IMG/VR virus record: IMGVR_UViG_3300037721_000031
Coordinates: 32,001 to 96,000 of that record
From: a virus
Taxonomy: Duplodnaviria; Caudoviricetes
Length of the DNA stretch: 64,000 nucleotides
Direction: 5' to 3' (one strand)
This document shows, piece by piece, positions 30,307 to 38,233 of the stretch. The position numbers and the translations under genes were made by a program. Position 1 is the stretch's first letter, and every line of letters begins with the position of its first letter. The notes below the pieces were generated by a model. It was not told where the DNA came from, ran no database searches, and was given only the letters and a program-made list of their open reading frames with translations.

Positions 30307-30540
30307 ATGAGTTTGATTGATTTAATTGTAGTTGTACTACCGTGGATATTATCAGTAACAACATTATGGATAACATTCATAACTGGGAATAAGCACCCTA
30401 GAACATGGTTTTTAGGATTAATTAATCAAGCGTTATGGTTAGTGTGGATACTACTTTCCAAGAACTGGGGGCTGATTCCACTTAACGTAGGTCTTTGGAT
30501 TATTTATTACAGAAATCATCGTAAATGGACTAGTGAATAA
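30307..30540 (+). CDS. Small 3-TM membrane protein, half-size PnuC-like
   Basis: 77 aa from MSLIDL; three hydrophobic segments with WFLGLINQALW and WGLIPLN..WIIYYRN; ORF track extends to 30238. Confidence 0.5.
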   Translation: MSLIDLIVVVLPWILSVTTLWITFITGNKHPRTWFLGLINQALWLVWILLSKNWGLIPLNVGLWIIYYRNHRKWTSE

Positions 30541-30556
30541 AAAAAAAATAAAGACA

Positions 30557-30598
30557 GCATAATAGCTAGAGCCCTGATGGGCTCTAGCTATTTATGCC
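30557..30598. terminator. GGCATAA-family palindrome between convergent genes
   Basis: gcat-aatagctagagccc-tgat-gggctctagctatt-tatgcc. Confidence 0.8.
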
Positions 30599-30609
30599 AT
30601 TGCTAAAAT

Positions 30610-31242
30610 TTAATGCCAAGTAGTGTTGTACATGTCGTCAATTTCAGCATGATAACCAAGCTCTTTAAGCTGTTGTAAGTTTTCACTATCTTTAGCAATA
30701 ACAGCGTTATCTGACCTAGAAACAATGGAAAGATGACTGCCTCCATCAGTGAGCGGAATTGCTTTAACGCACAGTATTTCGTTCTCAACATTAAGCTCAA
30801 AGACATGTGTGTTATTTAAATATACACAACATTCTGATATAAAATCAAATATGCTGCGTTTAAGTAAAACACTACAGTATTCTTTATCAAGTAAGTAAGT
30901 CTTTAATTCGGATATGATTAAAGGCAGTGGCTTTGGTTGATACTCTGTCTTTCTACTTAAGTCAACAATGCAATTATCTAGCATGATTGATAGTGAAAGA
31001 TGTCCGTGACCTTCATCAGAAAGACTTACTTTTTCACACCAGTGACCGTATTCATTAGATATTACATACTTTAATATCTGTCCGGTATGTTTATCCACTA
31101 AAAGTCCCTGGTAGAACTTTTGCATACGACCTTGTAGCTCACTACAGATGTTATTGTAACTATTACCGATTAGTCTTTTAATAATTTTCTTAAAAGACTC
31201 TACAGAACGATTCTCAATAGAAATGCATGATGTTTGAGTCAT
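30610..31242 (-). CDS. Hypothetical protein
   Basis: 210 aa, abuts the stop of the upstream gene. Confidence 0.6.
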   Translation of the reverse strand: MTQTSCISIENRSVESFKKIIKRLIGNSYNNICSELQGRMQKFYQGLLVDKHTGQILKYVISNEYGHWCEKVSLSDEGHGHLSLSIMLDNCIVDLSRKTEYQPKPLPLIISELKTYLLDKEYCSVLLKRSIFDFISECCVYLNNTHVFELNVENEILCVKAIPLTDGGSHLSIVSRSDNAVIAKDSENLQQLKELGYHAEIDDMYNTTWH

Positions 31243-31839
31243 TTAAAAACCAGTCATTTTGTTAGAGGATGTAGACTGTTCAATAACCTGATTGGAACGA
31301 TACACTGGTGAGAGAATGGATTGCATCAATAACGGCTTATCGGCAGAAGTAATGCAGAAACAATGATACGCTGGATCTACTACTCTTGCTATTTTAGAGT
31401 ATGAGCCATAATACTCAATAATGTTCTTACAAGCTTTCTGATATGCTTGCGAGACACCGCTGGTTTGTTTATGCCCATTTTTAGAAAGGTATCTGTTTGT
31501 ATAATCCAGTAATTCAAAGTTTGCACACTTTGTTACCTGAACATCAGTCTGTTGAATTTGACCGTCTGATAGCATGAGTGTAATCTCAGCAGCTAATGCT
31601 GACGGGTGTCTATAGCTAAGAATTTCTGAGTAGCTGTCACCCGTAGTCAGAGTCATGGTACCAACCCATTCTTTTTCAAGAATGTCAATAAGTGGCTTTA
31701 CCTTCTTTAGAAGCTTAACTCTTTCTTTAAGGATATACTGGTCTAGCTCAGAATTCAGAATATCATTAAACCATTCAGATCCGTATACATCATTGTACGG
31801 ACCTGAGATTTGTATAGTTACTGAGTGACTATTTTCCAT
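31243..31839 (-). CDS. Hypothetical protein
   Basis: 198 aa, overlaps the upstream gene by 11 nt. Confidence 0.6.
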   Translation of the reverse strand: MENSHSVTIQISGPYNDVYGSEWFNDILNSELDQYILKERVKLLKKVKPLIDILEKEWVGTMTLTTGDSYSEILSYRHPSALAAEITLMLSDGQIQQTDVQVTKCANFELLDYTNRYLSKNGHKQTSGVSQAYQKACKNIIEYYGSYSKIARVVDPAYHCFCITSADKPLLMQSILSPVYRSNQVIEQSTSSNKMTGF

Positions 31840-32581
31840 GATGTTGAAGTTCTTGACTCCTCATAGCTTGAAGTTGTAAATAATCGACACCGTCATGCAG
31901 ATTAAGTTCTCCGATTACTTGATCTAAAATAATCGTGACACCTTCGATTACAGTATTAGCATATATTTTAGAAGCCCCATGCACAACGCAGCTTTGTCTA
32001 ATCTCTACGTTATCTGTAATTGCTGATGTCCCAGCTAAGCGAGCTGAGCCACGTGCTCGTGAGTTCTCGTACATTTGGGCGTACTCACACACTACTGATA
32101 AATCGCAGGCTTCAGAGTTATCAGCCATAACTGCATTATTGCGTATTACGGCATCTCCATATACTCTAACATTATCAGTAAGTAATGCGTCATCACATAT
32201 ACAGGAATCACCAAAAGCATGAATGTTGCCAGAGAGTCTGGCTCGATCTCGGACAACACAACACCCGTACACCTGACAATTTCCACCTATGACAACATCG
32301 TCACTAATGACTGCATCTTCACTTATTAGTGAGTTGCCTTGGACAATAGCTCTGTCTTTGACGACTGCATCATGCTCTACTCTAGAGTTCTGTGTAACCT
32401 TGGCATCGTTAAATATCCAACAACTGCCTCTTTGGCTCAGGTTATCTTCGCACTCTATAAACCCACCAAAATCACCCAGCTTAACACCCGCTAAAGGTAT
32501 ATCTCGAAGAGCCCTGATACGATAAAGTACAGTGTCATTATCTTTCGGAGCTTCAACTAATACTAGTTCGTATTTTTTCAT
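31829..32581 (-). CDS. Left-handed beta-helix (hexapeptide repeat) protein, YdcK-like
   Basis: N-terminal LYRIRALRDI...GDFGGFIECEDNLSQ.G.CWI followed by many [VI]xxxAx hexapeptides. Confidence 0.75.
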   Translation of the reverse strand: MKKYELVLVEAPKDNDTVLYRIRALRDIPLAGVKLGDFGGFIECEDNLSQRGSCWIFNDAKVTQNSRVEHDAVVKDRAIVQGNSLISEDAVISDDVVIGGNCQVYGCCVVRDRARLSGNIHAFGDSCICDDALLTDNVRVYGDAVIRNNAVMADNSEACDLSVVCEYAQMYENSRARGSARLAGTSAITDNVEIRQSCVVHGASKIYANTVIEGVTIILDQVIGELNLHDGVDYLQLQAMRSQELQHHGK

Positions 32582-33168
32582 TATTCACCTTCAACTGAGC
32601 TATCTGTTGGGTCTAGTTTACCAAAGTACAACGACCACTCCGAAGCAGTTTTATTATTTTCAACTTCCTTTACTCTAGATCTAGACCTAGGCTTTTTATC
32701 TGTAGGGTCTTTACGAGCAATCCATTGACAGTTATTTGGTTCGTAATTACCATTGGTATCACTTCTCTTTAATGCGTGCTTGCCTTCTGGTTTAGAACCT
32801 ACATCAGTTATAAAATTCTCGAAAGAGTTTTTCCAGCGATCACATACCTTTATACCTCTACCACCATAATCTTCGTATTGAACGGACTTAGGGTTAGTAC
32901 ATCGTTGAATCATTACTTTCCAGATTTTGTATTCTGGCGTATCGCTTTTTCCGTGTCTAGTATTAGCTTTTCGTGAAGCTTCTCTTTGTAGACAACCGCA
33001 GCTAGCGGTACTTCCTTTAACTAGATAATCCCCTCTAACCACAGTCTTATTACCGCAATCACAAACGCAGTTCCATTTGATACTACCGTGTGTAGTTCTT
33101 TCAGAAATCTCACTGATAACTTTCAGTCTTCCAAACTTTTTACCAGTTAACACTAGTGGTTTAAACAT
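32581..33168 (-). CDS. HNH endonuclease-like protein with a degenerate active-site segment
   Basis: GKKFGRLKV, CVCDCG, SCGC, YEDYGGRGIKVCDRWKNSFENF and NGNYEPNNCQW. Confidence 0.75.
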   Translation of the reverse strand: MFKPLVLTGKKFGRLKVISEISERTTHGSIKWNCVCDCGNKTVVRGDYLVKGSTASCGCLQREASRKANTRHGKSDTPEYKIWKVMIQRCTNPKSVQYEDYGGRGIKVCDRWKNSFENFITDVGSKPEGKHALKRSDTNGNYEPNNCQWIARKDPTDKKPRSRSRVKEVENNKTASEWSLYFGKLDPTDSSVEGE

Positions 33169-33261
33169 AGTTTCACTCTTATGAAACTTTCATCATTAGT
33201 GTTTAATCTAACGATAATAAGTCTCGTTTGTCAAATAGTATAAAAAATGAATTAACCGTCA

Positions 33262-33299
33262 TAGGTAGAGATCACAGCTATAGCTGTGATCTCTACCTA
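33262..33299. terminator. Perfect 38-bp palindrome
   Basis: taggtagagatcacagcta|tagctgtgatctctaccta; the minus strand continues tgacgg then a U-tract. Confidence 0.75.
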
Positions 33300-33322
33300 A
33301 TCAATAACGATGGGTAACCTGA

Positions 33323-33781
33323 TTAACCCAGCGCCTTCATGGCAAGCTCAGCCAAGTGACTCTTCACCTTAGCCATCTCACCACGAGGACGAGTAGAGTA
33401 CACGGTGAATCCAGCGGTTGCTGCACCATACACAGTACTATGTTCCTTGGTAGACGGGTTGATAACAGTCTTCTCACGCTTGATAGACACATCGAGTGCG
33501 TCCTTACCGACCATCGGGATGGACAGTTCGACTGAAGCCACACCCTTATTCTTCCTCATGTAAGGGACAGCAAGTTCACCAGTGGCCAGTGTAGCTGCAG
33601 CAGCGAGTTCACTGTGAAAACTCTGCAGTTGCTTGACGCTGTCTTCGCTGATGCCTTCCGGCAGCAAAGCGACGTAAGTACCAGGTTCAACAACGGCTAC
33701 ACCGTTCTCACCGATGGTGATCTTACCCTTCAGGGTCTTGGACAGGGACACGATGTCTGACTTGATTTCGGTTGCGCTCAT
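33323..33781 (-). CDS. Hypothetical, probably very abundant protein
   Basis: Likely start MSATEIK after AAAGGA; strongly GC-shifted codons (32 G+C in the 60 nt at 33601-33660). Confidence 0.7.
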   Translation of the reverse strand: MSATEIKSDIVSLSKTLKGKITIGENGVAVVEPGTYVALLPEGISEDSVKQLQSFHSELAAAATLATGELAVPYMRKNKGVASVELSIPMVGKDALDVSIKREKTVINPSTKEHSTVYGAATAGFTVYSTRPRGEMAKVKSHLAELAMKALG

Positions 33782-33843
33782 GATTGAAATTTCCTTTTTA
33801 CACACAGTTAACGAAAGTGATGATTAGAAAGAAGATGCGGACT

Positions 33844-34461
33844 TTAATGAAGTCTGTTGTTATTTAACTTTTCTTCAGTGAAATACTTGCCAAGAAGACT
33901 GGCATTATGACGGAGATCCTGTACCTTTTCAGAATCGTCTTGATTCAAAGCTTGGTGAGTAAAATCTACAGTTTGAGACTTCTCTTTAGAGACAGCGGTA
34001 GAGTCTGATTTCTTATCAGTTTCACTACCTAATGTTGCTCGATCCAAGTACATGACTTCTCGCGTCCCAACGGATACAACACACAAGTGTTGAGCTTGTT
34101 CTTTTACAACATCAGAATCAAACAGCTTAAAGATGTTTTCTTTATTTCCAGCGGCACCGATCAGAGACATCGAGCTGTCGAAAATACTTCCGTTATCTGG
34201 AACGTTTACCTTATACAGATAGAACAGGTGTTCGTTTGTAGGCCAGATATCGCAAGGTGCCAAAGCATTATCAAAGTTATTCAAGTAGTTTTGAACGGAC
34301 TGCTTGAACTCATTAACTGTGGCATTGTCTGGCGGTGACGGAAAGTAGTCCGAATAAAGGTTAACAAACCTCACATTCTTCACGATATTATTCAAGCTAA
34401 TATCGATACCGCAACTACTCTTTATATCGTCAATGACTTCTTGAATCGTGTACAGTTTCAT
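33844..34461 (-). CDS. Hypothetical protein, paralog of 35115..35549
   Basis: MKLYTIQEVIDDIK...RFVNLYSDYF...CDIWP. Confidence 0.65.
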   Translation of the reverse strand: MKLYTIQEVIDDIKSSCGIDISLNNIVKNVRFVNLYSDYFPSPPDNATVNEFKQSVQNYLNNFDNALAPCDIWPTNEHLFYLYKVNVPDNGSIFDSSMSLIGAAGNKENIFKLFDSDVVKEQAQHLCVVSVGTREVMYLDRATLGSETDKKSDSTAVSKEKSQTVDFTHQALNQDDSEKVQDLRHNASLLGKYFTEEKLNNNRLH

Positions 34462-34512
34462 AGTGACTCCTTTTGAAATCTTCTATGTCAAAGCATCGAT
34501 AGTGTTTACGTA

Positions 34513-35028
34513 CTATCGATTTCGTTGATGGCTCTTCGAAGACTTCTGGTTGAAGTCGCTCTCTTCAAAATACCCCGCTCCGCGAACCACGCTGGGCCTA
34601 TCATTGTAACGGTCAACTTGATTGCGCCTTTGATAGGAGTCTCTGTCGCGATCTGGGAAGGTATCTATGATGAACTGCTTGGACAAGTTCGCCTGGTTAG
34701 GAAGAACTTCAATACGCTTCAGAGCATGCCTTGTAATCAGAACTCCAGGAATGAGTACCAGAGACTTATCTTCCACATGCGCATTGTCCCTTAGCGCATT
34801 CAAAACAGTATTCATCCCGAGCAAGACATAATACTTTCCGTCGTACTGATAGAAAGCTACCGGTTGCTTGGTATCATCGAAGTCGTTCGGCAGTGTTACC
34901 GAACTTTCAAAGTCAGAAGCAAGGTCTGTTACCCTGACATTAATCTCGAGACCGCTCTTAGCTGCGGTTTGAAGCCTGTCGAGATAGTACGACTTGTCCT
35001 TGAATGCGAAGGTCTGAGTTGACGACAT
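34513..35028 (-). CDS. Hypothetical protein
   Basis: 171 aa; PVAFYQYDGKYYVLLG; GC-shifted codons; own AAGGA RBS. Confidence 0.65.
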   Translation of the reverse strand: MSSTQTFAFKDKSYYLDRLQTAAKSGLEINVRVTDLASDFESSVTLPNDFDDTKQPVAFYQYDGKYYVLLGMNTVLNALRDNAHVEDKSLVLIPGVLITRHALKRIEVLPNQANLSKQFIIDTFPDRDRDSYQRRNQVDRYNDRPSVVRGAGYFEESDFNQKSSKSHQRNR

Positions 35029-35114
35029 GAGAAAAAGATGTTCCTTAGATTAAAAAGATAATAGTGTTAAAACGCACTATTGCATGACATGTATCAGTAG
35101 TGTATTTTTATATA

Positions 35115-35549
35115 TTAATGCAACGACCTCTTAAAGAAGTTAACCTCAGAGATCTCTGAGTTTACGACACAGATAAGACAGGTAGTATCAATCTTACTAG
35201 AAGCTATATCCCTCACTTCTTCTTCAGAGTCTGATGTGCCTAGTAAAGACATATCTTCATCGACAAGCAATGTACCAGTCTCAGAGAGCTTAGCTTTGTA
35301 GGCCCAAAATTTAGACTTTGTATCAGGAAAGATATCGCATGAAGGAAGCATCACGTTATCAGCATGAATAAATTCATGCACACGTTTATTGAAACTATCA
35401 ACAGTCATTTCACCGTTCACTGGCTTATCATAAAACTCAGAATAGAGTTTCAGAAATCTTGCTCGCTGAATAGCGTCTGCGAATTGACAAGTGACTTGTT
35501 CAAAGCGTTTAATATCTTCTACGACGTCGTCAAATGTATGAAGCTTCAT
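35115..35549 (-). CDS. Hypothetical protein, paralog of 33844..34461
   Basis: MKLHTFDDVVEDIK...RFLKLYSEFY...CDIFP; ORF track starts at 35573. Confidence 0.65.
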   Translation of the reverse strand: MKLHTFDDVVEDIKRFEQVTCQFADAIQRARFLKLYSEFYDKPVNGEMTVDSFNKRVHEFIHADNVMLPSCDIFPDTKSKFWAYKAKLSETGTLLVDEDMSLLGTSDSEEEVRDIASSKIDTTCLICVVNSEISEVNFFKRSLH

Positions 35550-35579
35550 GATTTTATTAGATGTTGTAAACAAGACAAG

Positions 35580-35879
35580 TTAAGATTCTACGATGCTAAT
35601 GTATTCTTTCAACCTATTAATTCTAGTTTGAATTTCTAGAACGTTACCATCTCTATTGTGCTGTTTTAGATCAGATAAACAGCTTTTAACGCCAGACAGA
35701 AGACTCTCCGGAGAGCCGTTATACGCACACTCTACATGGTCTTTGTAAATAGAGAATCTTGAAGTACTATGGACTATCATCGACACTTCACGTACTAAAT
35801 CAAGACTAGCTTTTTCAGAAGTGACATACAAGTGACTCTCATCATGCAGTTGTGTACCGATAATAGTAAATTTATTCAT
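35580..35879 (-). CDS. Hypothetical protein, triplicated family copy 3
   Basis: MNKFTIIGT...RINRLKEYISIVES. Confidence 0.7.
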   Translation of the reverse strand: MNKFTIIGTQLHDESHLYVTSEKASLDLVREVSMIVHSTSRFSIYKDHVECAYNGSPESLLSGVKSCLSDLKQHNRDGNVLEIQTRINRLKEYISIVES

Positions 35880-35911
35880 TGATAGCTCTCAGTGAAATAA
35901 TAATTGTGAAA

Positions 35912-36220
35912 TTAAGTTTCAGTAACTTTCATATATTCACGTAACCTATTGAGGTTCCTATCCACTCTTTCTTTATTAGTACTGTAGATAAGCTTCTTAG
36001 CTAAAGATTCTTGAAATATCAAGTGATTACTGACAGTGCTACGAAGCAACCGTGTATCGCATTGATTAACAGGCTCAACATGCCCCTCAAAAATCATATT
36101 CGGTAAATCACCGAATATGATTTTGAAAACTTCTTTTACTAGGTCAAGATTAGCATTTTCAGAAGTAAAACGGGTAAAAGCTCCACCACTGTGTGTGCAG
36201 ACAATAGTGAATTTATTCAT
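35912..36220 (-). CDS. Hypothetical protein, triplicated family copy 2
   Basis: MNKFTIVCT...NLNRLREYMKVTET. Confidence 0.7.
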   Translation of the reverse strand: MNKFTIVCTHSGGAFTRFTSENANLDLVKEVFKIIFGDLPNMIFEGHVEPVNQCDTRLLRSTVSNHLIFQESLAKKLIYSTNKERVDRNLNRLREYMKVTET

Positions 36221-36516
36221 TTAGTACTTTCAGCAATCTCAATATACTCTCGCAGCATGCGGATGCGTGCTTCAGCGTAAAAGGTATATGCATCCTCGTC
36301 CTTTAAATAGGAGGTGAGGCGCTCTTTAGCAGCTGATAATAGTTGTTCTGGTACAGCACCATTAATACACTTGACGTGACCTTCGCAGATTACGTACGTT
36401 ACATCACGGTACACAATTCTTAGAACATCGTCCATCAGTCCTGAATTTACTTTATCAGAAACCACGTACAATGTAGATTTATTTTTATGAGTACCAATAG
36501 CTGTAAATTGATTCAT
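36217..36516 (-). CDS. Hypothetical protein, triplicated family copy 1
   Basis: MNQFTAIGT...RIRMLREYIEIAESTK. Confidence 0.7.
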   Translation of the reverse strand: MNQFTAIGTHKNKSTLYVVSDKVNSGLMDDVLRIVYRDVTYVICEGHVKCINGAVPEQLLSAAKERLTSYLKDEDAYTFYAEARIRMLREYIEIAESTK

Positions 36517-36584
36517 GGAAAGCTTTCAGAAACATTAGTTAAAGAATATGAAGTTATGTTGATTACTCCATGTTGCTCAAGTAT

Positions 36585-36592
36585 GTGATATA
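36585..36592 (-). promoter_or_regulatory. Early-promoter-like TATATCAC upstream of the accessory operon
   Basis: One mismatch to the phiKZ early consensus TATATTAC, about 70 nt before the 36516 ATG (same spacing as at phuZ). Confidence 0.4.
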
Positions 36593-36615
36593 TGGTTAAA
36601 AGATTTTAGATTACG

Positions 36616-36651
36616 GCATAAATAGCTAGGGATATCCCTAGCTATTTATGC
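36616..36651. terminator. GGCATAA-family perfect 36-bp palindrome after the protease gene
   Basis: gcataaatagctagggat|atccctagctatttatgc. Confidence 0.8.
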
Positions 36652-36659
36652 TGTTGTTA

Positions 36660-37436
36660 TTACCAACCCTTCCAAGCAGGAGCTTTTGCAAAAGCATTAA
36701 TTGTCTCTTGATCAGCTTGCCATCCCATAGTCTGGAACAATTCAGAGGCAGATAAAGAAACAGATTCTTGAGCAATACTACTACCAGCGTTTACCTTTAC
36801 ACCGCGCCTAATCTGGCTACGAGTAAACACTACATCTGAACCTAAATCTTCCAGTGCAGGAGATTTAAATTTCTCAGCTACAGCAATGCCTGGTTCATTT
36901 ACATAGTCAAATGTAACGACTGTCTTCAAAGTTCTCTTCAGTACACCACGGTCCATAAAGTCGTCTGTAAACGAACGAATGGAGAAACACACATTCTCTC
37001 TAGGATTCTTTAAAGAACGCTCTAACACGTGTCCAAACGGCCCAGAAGGGGCAACCTTCGACACAATCGCAATCACGGGACTACCGTTGTTATCCTTAAC
37101 ACGCTCGAAGTCTAAAAACAACTCAGCGTGATGACAACAAACTTGTTCTTCGTGGATAGATAATACACGATGAGCAAAGTCATCCATAGACTGACTAATT
37201 TGTCGTTTAGGATGACCGTACTCTCCGCGCAATGCACCGCGTTTAACACGCCGCATTAATTGACTAGAGTTTTGAAAAAGTTCGCAGGACTTATCGTACA
37301 CGTAATACTGACCGGCAGAATTGTACATATTCAAAGCGCCGACAATGCATTCGTAGTAACCGTCTTTATCCTGCTTAAGATTGCCGGTTTTATTTATGCC
37401 GACAAGAGAAGTACAACCAAATCGGACAGAATTCAT
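36660..37436 (-). CDS. Prohead maturation serine protease (phiKZ gp175-like)
   Basis: LRGEYGHP (His), VCFSIRS (Ser) and TFDYVNEPGI motifs; C-terminal AQE is a possible self-cleavage site. Confidence 0.85.
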   Translation of the reverse strand: MNSVRFGCTSLVGINKTGNLKQDKDGYYECIVGALNMYNSAGQYYVYDKSCELFQNSSQLMRRVKRGALRGEYGHPKRQISQSMDDFAHRVLSIHEEQVCCHHAELFLDFERVKDNNGSPVIAIVSKVAPSGPFGHVLERSLKNPRENVCFSIRSFTDDFMDRGVLKRTLKTVVTFDYVNEPGIAVAEKFKSPALEDLGSDVVFTRSQIRRGVKVNAGSSIAQESVSLSASELFQTMGWQADQETINAFAKAPAWKGW

Positions 37437-37493
37437 GATATTTTTTTATACTAAGATAATTTATAAACGTACTGTGAGGTACTCAATAGTTAA

Positions 37494-38216
37494 TCATTTT
37501 AAAAGAGATTCGATTCTTTCAACTCTTTCGGAAGGATTTACTAAAGCTGAAACAATACCATCTTGCATGTATGATCCGGCAAGTTTGTTGGTAGTGTTAG
37601 TAGCAGAATAAGCCACACTCTTCAGAGGAATAAACGCAGGTTTCTTATTTTTGATATCATCTGGGCTATGTATGGACTGACGATAGTATTCTGCTCTATT
37701 ACTTTGATTTCTACAGATAATACTAACCAGTAACTCAGTTACTTCTCTTTCACTACCAATATTAACACCACCAAATTTCTTAGCGGTATCAAATATCTTA
37801 GCAAGATCTTCGTAACTTAGAAATGCAGGTATTCTACCCTTAGCAAAGAATTCACTATAGATTCTGTAAGGAATCTTGTTATTCTGAACCACATTCATAT
37901 TTGGTATAACTGTGCTTCCAGCTGGGAAAGTGAATTCGTAATACTCATCGCCATCAATTACAATGCGGTTTACAGATTCTGGAGTTATACGTAAGGTAGT
38001 ATTGACAAGGGATATTGCAGAGTACTTACCTTCCATAACTAACAGATAGATACCTACAATGTTAGTTTCAACACCTACTGAAGCCAGTCCGCATTCTGAG
38101 AAGCGGACTGGTAAGTAGATGGCACAGCTCTTAACAGTAACTAACCTATCGTCCGCTAACTCGCGGAGATGGGCACGAACGTACTGTGGGTCTCGGACTA
38201 GACCTTTAATATCCAT
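37494..38216 (-). CDS. Virion RNA polymerase beta'-C-terminal fragment subunit (phiKZ gp176-like)
   Basis: EVTELLVSIICR resembles beta' KHIEVIVRQMLR; the C-terminal LKSVAYSATNTTNKLAGSY..GIVSALV resembles ITKASLATESFISAASFQ..VLTEAAV; synteny with the protease. Confidence 0.55.
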   Translation of the reverse strand: MDIKGLVRDPQYVRAHLRELADDRLVTVKSCAIYLPVRFSECGLASVGVETNIVGIYLLVMEGKYSAISLVNTTLRITPESVNRIVIDGDEYYEFTFPAGSTVIPNMNVVQNNKIPYRIYSEFFAKGRIPAFLSYEDLAKIFDTAKKFGGVNIGSEREVTELLVSIICRNQSNRAEYYRQSIHSPDDIKNKKPAFIPLKSVAYSATNTTNKLAGSYMQDGIVSALVNPSERVERIESLLK

Positions 38217-38233
38217 GCCCTTTCTCCTTTACA

